In this document: in pieces, positions 51,338 to 62,432 of the stretch
Layout: the number at the start of each line of letters is the position of its first letter
Numbering within the stretch: the stretch's first letter is position 1
NCBI GenBank assembly: GCA_963727445.1
Contig: CAVSGI010000004.1
Span: 128,001-192,000 of the forward strand
Length of the DNA stretch: 64,000 nt
Source: an uncultured delta proteobacterium
GTDB lineage: Bacteria > Myxococcota_A > Polyangia > Polyangiales > B10-G4
Reading direction: 5' to 3'
Program-made: the position numbers and the translations under genes
The notes under the pieces: generated by a model
Seen by the model: the letters and a program-made list of their open reading frames with translations, nothing else
Databases searched by the model: none
Told to the model about the DNA's origin: nothing

Positions 51338-54119
51338 ATGGTCAAGCGCAAGGTCTCGTTGAACGAAGGGGAGGGGCGTTCGCGCCGCCGGGGGCCCATC
51401 CAGGCCAGCTCGGAGGTCATCGATCTCTTCTTCAATACCGGGGTGATCCATCACGAGCTTCTCCTCTCGGGGGGCCTGCCGGATCAGAATCGTCGGCTTC
51501 AAAGTCGAAAAGGGGGCCGAAAATCAGGGCTTCCGCGTGCGCGCGGCCGAGCCCGGGGAGGACCCGGAGGTGGAGGTCGCGCCCGTCGAGCACGTGGCCG
51601 AGCTGTCGAACCGCTGGCTCCCCATCCCCTACCAGCTCTCTTGCCCGCTCGCGGTGCAGGTGCGTCTGGCGGTCAGCGGACGTCGCGACCTCAAGCTCCT
51701 GTTGGCGATCGACACCCTCGAGGCCACGGGCAGCGGTGGCCGCCATCTCGACGCCGCCCTCGACGCCGGGCGTCCCTTCCGCCCCCTCGAGAAGGGCGAG
51801 CTCGGCGGATTCCTCGACCACCCGGAGGCGCGCGAGCTGGTTCGCCACCTCGAAGAAGCCGGCGTCGACCGGGCGCCCTTCAAGTACGCGGCGCTCCTCG
51901 ACACCCTGGCGCCGCTCCTGCCACGGATCCGCTTGAGCCACGTGTCAGAGCACACGCCGGTGAAGACCTCTCTCGTCCTCGACTTCGGAAACTCGCGTTC
52001 GAGCGCGCTCCTGGTGGAGAGCCGCGAGGGTGAGGTCTTCTCCGTGCCTCTCGCGGTGCGCGACTCCAGCAACCCCTTCCGGGTGAGCGACGAGACCTTC
52101 GGCTCGCGGATCACCTTCTTGCCGAACGCCTTCGACGAGGCGGCCAATCCAGTGGCGGTGGGGAGCTCCTTCCAGCTCCCGTCCATCGCGGTGATGGGCC
52201 GTGAAGCGCTCGACCGCGCCCTCGAGACCCCGCACCGCTATCAGTGCTCACTGTCGGGGCCCAAGCGCTACCTCTGGGACGCCGATCCCACCGACGACCG
52301 CTGGTTCTTCGCCCAGAAGCGCGGCGGGGAGTACGCGCCGATCAGCGGGCGCTTGCTCAAGTACATCGCCGAGAGCGAAGGCGGCCTCGCGCTCCGGCAG
52401 GATGGTCCGACAGCACCGGCCGACCCGCGCTACGCGCCGCGCACGATGATGCTCTTCGCCATCGTCGAGCTGTTGAGCCAGGCGTGGTCGCAGATCAACT
52501 CCGTCGAGTACCGGAAGTTTCAGGGCAAGGAGATGAACCCGCGCGTGCTCGAGCATCTGGTGATCACCTTCCCGAGCGCGATGCGCGAGGAGGAGCGGCG
52601 CGTCTATCAGACGCTGGTGCAGAACGCGGTCATCCTCGCCAGCTACCTGTTGAACATCGCGCCGGAGCACCGCCCCAACTACGATGCTCAAAACGATGCG
52701 TTCACCTCGTTCCTGCTCGTCGACGAGGCGCTCGCGGCGCAGATGGTCTACCTCTACCAAGAGGTCGTTCACACCTTCGGCGGGAGCATGGAGGAGTTCG
52801 TCGGCGTCTACGGTCGCTCCGACGGCTCGGTGCGCATCGCCTCGGTCGACATCGGCGGCGGCACCTCGGACGTGATGATCGCCGAGTTCTCGGACAAGCT
52901 GCCGGGCACCGGCACTGCGCTCAGCGTCAAGAAGCTCTTCCAGGACGGCGTCAGCATCGCCGGCGACGACGTATGTCGCGCCATCTGCGAAGACATCGTG
53001 ATCGATCAGATCATGCAGCAGCTGCCGTCACGCAAGGCGAGGGCGCAGCTCGCGCAGCTCTTCGGCGAGGGAGGCGGCAGCCACGGCGCGGCCTTCCGAA
53101 CCCTCAAGGCGAAGCTGGTTCCCTACTTCTGGTTGCCGCTCGCGCGCTGTTACTGGGCTCTCGCGGAGGGCTTCGAGATCCCGGAGCACTACCCGGACCG
53201 CATCTACTCCATCGCCGAGATCTTCCAGGTCTTTCAGGTGCGGGAGTGGTCGCCAGCGGTCCTCGCCGAGGCCGACGCTTTTCTCGGGCAGGCGATCCCC
53301 GGCTTCCCGGGCCTCAACAACCTCTTCTTCCGCTTCGATCCAGAGCAGGTGGAGCGGGCGATCGACCGCGTGCTCCGGGAGCCCCTGCGCCGCTACGCCG
53401 ACATCCTCGCCCAGTTCGACGTCGACATCCTGGTCCTCGCGGGCCGGACCTCCGCCCTGCATCGCGTCCGTGAGCTCTTCGTGCGCGAGATGCCGGTCTC
53501 GCCGCCGCGCATCAAGACCATGAGCACCTATCGCGTCAGCGAGTGGTATCCGCCGAAGTGGCGCTCGAACGGTCTCATCAAGGATCCGAAGTCGACCGTC
53601 GCCGCCGGCGCGACCATCCTCCACCTCGCAGCGAACAACCGCCTGCCCGGCCTGTTGCTCGACGAGATGCAGGAGCTCGAGCAGAAGCCCATCTACGGCC
53701 TCTATCAGAAGAGCGAGCCGCACATCGCGCGGGTCAACGAGCTCTTCCGCGACGACAAGACCAGCCAGCCCTTCGTCTACACGGGGGGGATGGTGGTCGG
53801 CTTCCGCAACGTCGACTCGGAGGAGATGGACGGCTCGCCGCTCTTCTCGGTGCGGCCCGCGAACGCTTCGGTGGAGCAAGCGCTCCTCGAGGATCGGGTG
53901 AGCCTCCGCTTCCGCATCGGGGACGGCGGCCGCATCGAGATCGCCGACGTGACGTCGCAGCGCGGCGCCTATGATTTCGACGTCACGGATTTTCAGCTCT
54001 CTCTGAAGACGGTGATCGAGGATCGCTACTGGCTCGACACGGGCGTCTTCACCATCGGCCGGAGCTACCTCGACATGGCGGACCCGGACCTCGACGCATT
54101 GATGGAGGAGATGTCTTGA
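51338..54119 (+). CDS. SrfB-family protein, actin/Hsp70-like ATPase fold, about 926 aa after correcting a +1 frameshift at ~51488
   Basis: IDLFFNTGV N-terminus, NRWLPIPY, LVLDFGNSRS, LSGPKRYLWD, AWSQINS, VITFPSAM, VDEA, IASVDIGGGTSD, IAGDD, LAGRTS, IKDPKSTVAAGA match SrfB (Pfam SrfB) and actin-fold phosphate-1/-2/adenosine motifs. Confidence 0.8.
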
Positions 54120-54802
54120 GCGGCGTCGCCAGAGAGCTCTTCGAGGCGATTCTCGCGGCCGTCGACGAGGAGCAGCTCGAAGCGGCGCTCCGCGCCCGCC
54201 TGGGAGCCCCGGACTCGTCAGCGACCGCCGAGGTCGCGGCTCCGCCGCTCGACGCCGGCGAGGGGATGGACACAGAGCCCGGGGGTGACGGCGAGAGCGA
54301 CGAGGAGCGCGCGTCAGACGACTCGCTTCACGGCCGGCTTCTTCTCGCCGACCTCTTGGGCGACGACATCGTCGGCGCACGGCAAGGGGACGCGAGCTTT
54401 CCGGTGCGGGTCTTCATCTCGAAGCTCGGCGAGCAGCTCGAGGACGAGGGCGCCTTCGCGCTGGCCAACGGCCTGTCCTTCTACTTTCGTGCGGCGATGG
54501 ACGAAGAGGCCAGGGTGCGGGTCGGTCTCGAGGTCAGCCGCTTGTACTACGCGTTCGCGGGCTGGGCCCTCGACCTGAGCGAGCGAAGAGCGGTGAGCCC
54601 GCTGCTCGCGCGCTTGATGAGCGCCGAGCTCGACCGGCTCCGCTTCGAGGCGGTCGACCACGAGCCTGTCTTCGATTCGGCGATGCACGAGCGGAGCAAG
54701 GAGGCGGACTCCTCCTCCAAGCACCTGCAATCGCCCGTGACCTTTCTGTGCCGCGTCGCCGCCAACGACATGGTGCGTTTCAAGGCGGTGGTGACCACGT
54801 GA
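54116..54802 (+). CDS. Hypothetical protein with GrpE-like C-terminal beta domain
   Basis: TTGA overlap; C-terminus FEAVDHEPVFDSAMHER...SPVTFLCRVAANDMVRFKAVVTT. Confidence 0.6.
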   Translation: MSGVARELFEAILAAVDEEQLEAALRARLGAPDSSATAEVAAPPLDAGEGMDTEPGGDGESDEERASDDSLHGRLLLADLLGDDIVGARQGDASFPVRVFISKLGEQLEDEGAFALANGLSFYFRAAMDEEARVRVGLEVSRLYYAFAGWALDLSERRAVSPLLARLMSAELDRLRFEAVDHEPVFDSAMHERSKEADSSSKHLQSPVTFLCRVAANDMVRFKAVVTT

Positions 54803-56070
54803 GCGAAAAGACGGAAGAGAGCTGGCTGCCCAACCTGGTCGGCGGCGTGAGCATCTGGAAGCTCGCCGACGACTTGAACGAGGAGAAGTTCTTCGGCGGG
54901 CGATTGCTCGTGCCCGAAACCGAGGGCAGCGAGACCCTTCCGTCGAAAGTGAGCTGGGACCTGACCGGGCTCGTCCCCCTGAGCGACGCCCGCGCATCGC
55001 ATGCGGAGGCGGTGCAGTCGGCGATCGAGGACTTCTTCGATTGCCTCGAGCGGGTCGGCAAGGTCTTCGGGGACGAGTCCTCGGGCTTTCACGCCTACAA
55101 GGACGCGTTCACCGTGCCCGCCCTCGACGCAGAGGGCGGCGACAACTACTTCTACGATCCCGCGAAGAAGAAGCTCCTGGTGATCAACTGGGGCGCGTCG
55201 CCGCGCTCGATCACCTCGAGCCGCGACTTCCTCTTCGGGTATCTCGACTTCGACCAGCTCTTCGAGAAGGAGCGCAGTGAAGGCGGCGTTGACGATGCGG
55301 GCGCCGGAGGCGCGGGGGCGGCGGCGGGCGTCGAAGCGGCAGCGGAGGCGAAAGAGAAGAAGGAAGACGAGAAGAAAGAGGACGAAGAGGAGAAGAAGAA
55401 GGACGGCCTCCCCTGGTGGGCGTGGCTCCTCGCGGTGGGCACGCTCGTTCTGATCATCCTGTTGATCCTCATGTTCCTCGAGCCGTGCAATCACGATCGC
55501 GGCACGCGCGGGCTTCGCCTCCCCGATGGCGCCGTGCTCCTGGAAGACGGCGGCGTCCTGCTCCTGGACGGTAACGTGGTCGATCCCGAAGAGTTCATGG
55601 ACGACGGGGGCGTGGACGGCGCGGCTGACGGGGGCGCGGACGCCGCGAATGACGCTGGTTCGGACGCCGCCGGTGACGGAGCCGCCGATGGCGGTGGTGA
55701 CGGATCCGCAGACGGCGGGGGCGATGGCGGGGGCGATGGCGGCGGAGACGGCGGCGGAGACGGCGGCGGCGCTGGCGGCGGCGGTGGCGGCGGTGCCGGC
55801 ATGGGCGGCGACACGGTCCCTCCGAGCGAGATCATCTACGTACCGGTGGAGCTCATCCCCACGGGCGGCGGTGGGCCCACGAACGACCCCTCCCACCGCG
55901 TCCATTTCCATCCCCAGGCGACCGCTTGGCGCATCGCCGGGGGCGCGAACAACGTCCGTGGCACGCAGCTGATCGGACGCGAGTACCATGTGTGGCTGAA
56001 GCCCGGACGGAGCTTCGATAGCGTGAACGTTCAGTGGCGCGACAGCGCGGGGCGCTGGCACAACCACTGA
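54799..56070 (+). CDS. SrfA-like N-terminal domain, single TM, Asp/Gly repeat linker and small C-terminal beta domain
   Basis: GTGA overlap; LLVP...VSWD...AFTVP...YFYD...LLVINWGA resembles the SrfA N-terminus (PVITFWGF); TM WWAWLLAVGTLVLIILLILMFL. Confidence 0.6.
   Translation: MSEKTEESWLPNLVGGVSIWKLADDLNEEKFFGGRLLVPETEGSETLPSKVSWDLTGLVPLSDARASHAEAVQSAIEDFFDCLERVGKVFGDESSGFHAYKDAFTVPALDAEGGDNYFYDPAKKKLLVINWGASPRSITSSRDFLFGYLDFDQLFEKERSEGGVDDAGAGGAGAAAGVEAAAEAKEKKEDEKKEDEEEKKKDGLPWWAWLLAVGTLVLIILLILMFLEPCNHDRGTRGLRLPDGAVLLEDGGVLLLDGNVVDPEEFMDDGGVDGAADGGADAANDAGSDAAGDGAADGGGDGSADGGGDGGGDGGGDGGGDGGGAGGGGGGGAGMGGDTVPPSEIIYVPVELIPTGGGGPTNDPSHRVHFHPQATAWRIAGGANNVRGTQLIGREYHVWLKPGRSFDSVNVQWRDSAGRWHNH
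55711..55770 (+). repeat. 12-bp tandem repeat x5 encoding (DGGG)n within a wider Asp/Gly/Ala low-complexity linker
   Basis: GAYGGCGGSGGM units counted directly. Confidence 0.85.
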
Positions 56071-56084
56071 CGGAGAAGGCTCAG

Positions 56085-58610
56085 ATGAGCGACCCCATCA
56101 ACAGTCTCGACGACGCGATCCAGCGAGCCGTGAGAAACGTCGCCGGCGCTCCGGAGGAAGCACCGGAGCTGCACTCCCTGCGCGACCTCGCGTTCCGTGC
56201 GCGCAAGCTCCGGCGCGCCTGGGGGCGTCCCCAGTGCCTGGGCTTCTTCGGCCCCTCCCAGGCGGGCAAGTCCTTCCTCGTCGGTGCGCTCCTCTCGCAC
56301 GAGCTGGGCTCCCTCGAGGTCGAGACCCGCGCAGGCAAGCTCGACTTCCTCGAGGAGATCAACCCTGCGAAGGGCGTCGAGTCGACGGGCGTAGTCACCC
56401 GTTTCTCCACCGGCCCCGCGCCCGTCGAGCTGCGCCGGGGGGACTTCTTCTGCCGCCTGTTGAGCCTCGAGGTGATGCTCGAGTCCATGGCGACGGGTTT
56501 CCTCGTCGAGTGCACCGCGCCTCCCATCGACGTCGATCGGGTCGAACGATGTCTGCGGGACGCGCGCCTCGCCCAGGGCACGCCCGCGCCTCCGCTCTTC
56601 GCCGAGGCCTGGGACTCCGTCTGGCACAACCTCTCCAAGAAGTATCAGGACCGCCATCCCTACGTGAACGAGCTCAAGAAGAGCCCGGCCATCCGCGGCG
56701 AGCAGTGGAAGAAGGGGATCTCCACCGTCGAAGGATGGCTCTTCGTCTACTCGCTCCTATGGGGCGGTCATGGCTATGCCAAGGACCTCGACAGCCTCGC
56801 GCGCCGCCTGGTCGACGGCCTCGAGATGTTGGGGCAGGGCGAGTCGGTCGAGGTCGAGGTGGAGCACGTCCGCGCTTCGAGCGAGGGCGCTTCCATCATC
56901 GACGCGGCGTGCCTCAACTCGCTGGGCCAGACCGGTCGCACCATCCGCGTCTACCCCCACGCGTCGGGCCGCGAGGTCTCCATCGACCCCGGCGTGCTCG
57001 CGGCTCTCATCGCCGAGATCCGTCTGCAGCATCGGCCGGTGGAGGGCTCGCTCTTCCAGAACACCGACCTGCTCGATTTCCCCGGGGGCCGCGCCCTTCG
57101 CGGCATCAACGGCTTCGGGCCCAAGGAGCTCAACTCCGGCAAGCTCGACAACGCCATCGAGGTCTTCAAGCGCGGCAAGCTCACCTTCCTCTTCGAGCAG
57201 TTCTCCCTCGACCGCGAGATCACCTCGCTGGTGCTCTGCTCGCCCGGGCCCACCAAGCCCGAGGCGATTCAGCTCCAGTTCCAGGTGGAGCGATGGCTGC
57301 AGATCCGCCACGGCTCCGATACTCCGGTGGACAAGGACGAGCTGGAGCATCCGAGCCTCTTCATGGCGCTCACCAAGTTCGACATGTCGCTGGGATCTCT
57401 GCGCAGTGACAACGCCAAGGACCGCTGGGACTCGCGGGTGCGAGAAGCGTGTGTCGAGTTCTGGGCGCGGAATCAGAGCAGCTGGATCTTGAACTGGGGC
57501 AGCAAGGGCAAGGCCTTCGACAACATGTTCTGGATCCAGAACCCCTACGCCGATCGGATGAGCGCCCTCGGGCCGAGCGATGCGGACTACGCGCTGGTGA
57601 AGCAGGGCTACTTCGACTCTCCCGCGATCCAGCGCTTCATCCAGGAGCCGGAGGTCAAGTGGGCGGCCGTCGAGGGCGCGGACGAGGCGGGCAAGGTGAA
57701 GAGCGGCGTTCCGCTCCTCGCGACGCACCTGCGGCAGAAGCTCGCGGAGAACATCAAGAAGAAGGAGCTCCTCGCCGAGGCCAAGGCCCTACGGAGCGAG
57801 CTCCTCGACGTTCTCAAGGCGCTCACGCCGAGCAACAACGAAGCCGAAGAGCGGGCGCGACTCACGCAGGCCGCCGAGCACCTGGTGGAATCGGTCCGCT
57901 CGGAAATGGCGCGCGCCTATTCCGGCGCCGTTTACGGCGAGCTGGTCAGCATGCTCGCCGCGCCGCGCGAAGAGGTGGAGGCGGAGCTCCGCAGCATCCA
58001 CGGGGTGGTCGCGCCCATGTCGATCAAGACCAGCGACAAGGTGAAGAAGGTGCTGGTGCACCTGCTCAAGTGGTGGACCGCGCGCGCCATCGCTTCACTT
58101 CGAGACAGCGAGCTCGACCTGCCCGCCGCCCACGTGGAGCGCTTCGTCCGCGAGGTGTGCACCTCCAAGCTCATCATGCCGGTGCTGGGCAAGGCGGTCT
58201 TTCCGTATTTCAGCCGAACGCGGGTGGACTACACCCTCATCGCCACCATCCTGCGGGTGAAGATCTGCGACTCGATGCTCGATCTCTTCAAGGAGCCCGC
58301 GCGACGAACCCCCTCGATCCCCGTGCGCCTCAGCTATTCCGAGACGGTCGACGGGGAGGGCGACGGTGAGACGGGCGACGCCGACGCCATCGACTGGGGT
58401 GACGTCGACTTCGACGAGGAGTCGGCGACCGACATCGGTGCCGACGTGGAGATCGTCTTCGCAGGCAATCGCTACTTCCATCACTGGGCCGACGAGCTTC
58501 CCGGTCTCTATCTCAAGAACGGCGGGCTCAAGACCCAGGCCAAGGCCGACGATCCGCGCATCGAGGAGCTGGTCGGGATCCTCGGCGAGGTCGAGCAGGT
58601 CGGTGTCTAA
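56085..58610 (+). CDS. SrfC-family P-loop GTPase-like protein
   Basis: GFFGPSQAGKSFLV (G1), INPAKGVESTGVVTRFS (G2), DLLDFPG (G3), FKRGKLTFLF, LTKFD (G4); helical C-terminal half. Confidence 0.85.
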   Translation: MSDPINSLDDAIQRAVRNVAGAPEEAPELHSLRDLAFRARKLRRAWGRPQCLGFFGPSQAGKSFLVGALLSHELGSLEVETRAGKLDFLEEINPAKGVESTGVVTRFSTGPAPVELRRGDFFCRLLSLEVMLESMATGFLVECTAPPIDVDRVERCLRDARLAQGTPAPPLFAEAWDSVWHNLSKKYQDRHPYVNELKKSPAIRGEQWKKGISTVEGWLFVYSLLWGGHGYAKDLDSLARRLVDGLEMLGQGESVEVEVEHVRASSEGASIIDAACLNSLGQTGRTIRVYPHASGREVSIDPGVLAALIAEIRLQHRPVEGSLFQNTDLLDFPGGRALRGINGFGPKELNSGKLDNAIEVFKRGKLTFLFEQFSLDREITSLVLCSPGPTKPEAIQLQFQVERWLQIRHGSDTPVDKDELEHPSLFMALTKFDMSLGSLRSDNAKDRWDSRVREACVEFWARNQSSWILNWGSKGKAFDNMFWIQNPYADRMSALGPSDADYALVKQGYFDSPAIQRFIQEPEVKWAAVEGADEAGKVKSGVPLLATHLRQKLAENIKKKELLAEAKALRSELLDVLKALTPSNNEAEERARLTQAAEHLVESVRSEMARAYSGAVYGELVSMLAAPREEVEAELRSIHGVVAPMSIKTSDKVKKVLVHLLKWWTARAIASLRDSELDLPAAHVERFVREVCTSKLIMPVLGKAVFPYFSRTRVDYTLIATILRVKICDSMLDLFKEPARRTPSIPVRLSYSETVDGEGDGETGDADAIDWGDVDFDEESATDIGADVEIVFAGNRYFHHWADELPGLYLKNGGLKTQAKADDPRIEELVGILGEVEQVGV

Positions 58611-59583
58611 CCCGGACGAGCCACGCCCCGCGCCCCAGCGCGCCGAAGCAGGGTTGGGAGAGGACACCGAAACCCTCGACCCCCAGGATCTGGCGACCCT
58701 CGAAGCGCTCGAAGAGGCCGGCGACATCGAGACGCTGATGACCCTCGCCGCGTCCTACGAAAGAGGGACCGACGAGATTGACCGCGATCCCGAGCGGGCC
58801 ATCATCGCCTACGAGGCGGCGTCACGCCTGGGCGACTCCGACGCGAGCTACTGGCTGGCGCGCGAAGCCTTCGGGCGGGGAATCGACGCCGAGAGCCTCG
58901 AGCGCGGCGTGCGCTTCCTTCGTCTCGCTGCGGACGCGGCGCACGTGCAGGCGCGGGTATTTCTCGGCAACCTCTACGAGCTGGGCGTGCACTACGAGAT
59001 CGACCTCGACAAGGCCGACCTCTGGTACCGAAGCGCGGCGCGGGCTGCGGGGATCGATCAGGAGCACGGCAGCGCACAGTGGTCGGTCGCGATGGCCGAG
59101 CTTGGCTGCGTCCGCTCGATCGTGCCGCTCCTCGAAGACGACAGCGTCCCCAAAAAGCACCGGCTGGTCTACCTCCGCCTGGTCAAGGACGTGGGGTACT
59201 CCATCTTCCTCGCGCAGCAGAAGGCCGCGGACGCCAAACGGCATGCGGTGGAAGAGGCGCGCATCCTCGCCGAGGCCGAGGCCGAGAGGGCGCACGAAGA
59301 ACAGCTCATCGGCCATGGCGCACGCGCCGAGAAGGCCAAGCGCGCCGAGGACGCGATCGATCGCGCCGAGAAGCACGCCGACGCCAAAGCACCAGAGAGC
59401 GGAGGGCTCTCGGCGCCTCGCATCCTGACGGCGCTCGCGCTGGCGGGAGGGACGGGTTACGGCGGCTTCTACCTGCACCAGATCGGCCAGGCCTGGATCG
59501 CCAACCCCATGTACCAGGCCGCCGCCTTCGGGGCGGGCGCGCTGCTACTCGCGTTGATGGTGCTCGGCGTCAAGAAGAAGTGA
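58603..59583 (+). CDS. Sel1-repeat protein with coiled coil and two C-terminal TM segments
   Basis: LAASYERG...DPERAIIAYEAASRLGDSDASYWLA and AAHVQARVFLGNLYELG...DLDKADLWYRSAA; 8-bp overlap with the srfC-like gene. Confidence 0.8.
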   Translation: MSNPDEPRPAPQRAEAGLGEDTETLDPQDLATLEALEEAGDIETLMTLAASYERGTDEIDRDPERAIIAYEAASRLGDSDASYWLAREAFGRGIDAESLERGVRFLRLAADAAHVQARVFLGNLYELGVHYEIDLDKADLWYRSAARAAGIDQEHGSAQWSVAMAELGCVRSIVPLLEDDSVPKKHRLVYLRLVKDVGYSIFLAQQKAADAKRHAVEEARILAEAEAERAHEEQLIGHGARAEKAKRAEDAIDRAEKHADAKAPESGGLSAPRILTALALAGGTGYGGFYLHQIGQAWIANPMYQAAAFGAGALLLALMVLGVKKK

Positions 59584-59590
59584 GCGCTGC

Positions 59591-62083
<2,493 letters not shown>

Positions 62084-62160
62084 GGCGGGGGAAGGTATCA
62101 AGAGCCCCGGCCGGCGAAAACGGCCTCCCATTCCCCCAAGGAATCCATCATGGTTCGGGG

Positions 62161-62430
62161 GTGCGTGGGCTCTTGCTCCTCTCGCTTTCGACGACCTTCG
62201 GCCTCGCCGGCTGCACGACCCCCTGCGACGAGTCGCGGGGGGTGCTGCTCCGCCATTGCGATATCGAGGTGATGGGATCGTCGGCGATGGCGTGTGAGGG
62301 GGAGCGCCGCGCGTACGCGCAGTGCATCCTGGACCATCCCGACGCGGCCTGCGACTACTTCTACGATCCGCTCGCGGCGGAGGGGAACGCCTTCGATCTC
62401 TGCGTTCGCGAGATCCCGCCCGACCCGTAG
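62161..62430 (+). CDS. Small Cys-rich lipoprotein
   Basis: Lipobox LAGC followed by six Cys in about 70 residues; fills the gap between divergent glgP and the convergent kinase. Confidence 0.6.
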   Translation: MRGLLLLSLSTTFGLAGCTTPCDESRGVLLRHCDIEVMGSSAMACEGERRAYAQCILDHPDAACDYFYDPLAAEGNAFDLCVREIPPDP

Positions 62431-62432
62431 GC

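Noticed and set aside
51107..51502. 131-aa minus-strand ORF between usp and srfB-like
   Set aside because: Overlaps the reconstructed srfB-like N-terminus on the opposite strand; no motifs.
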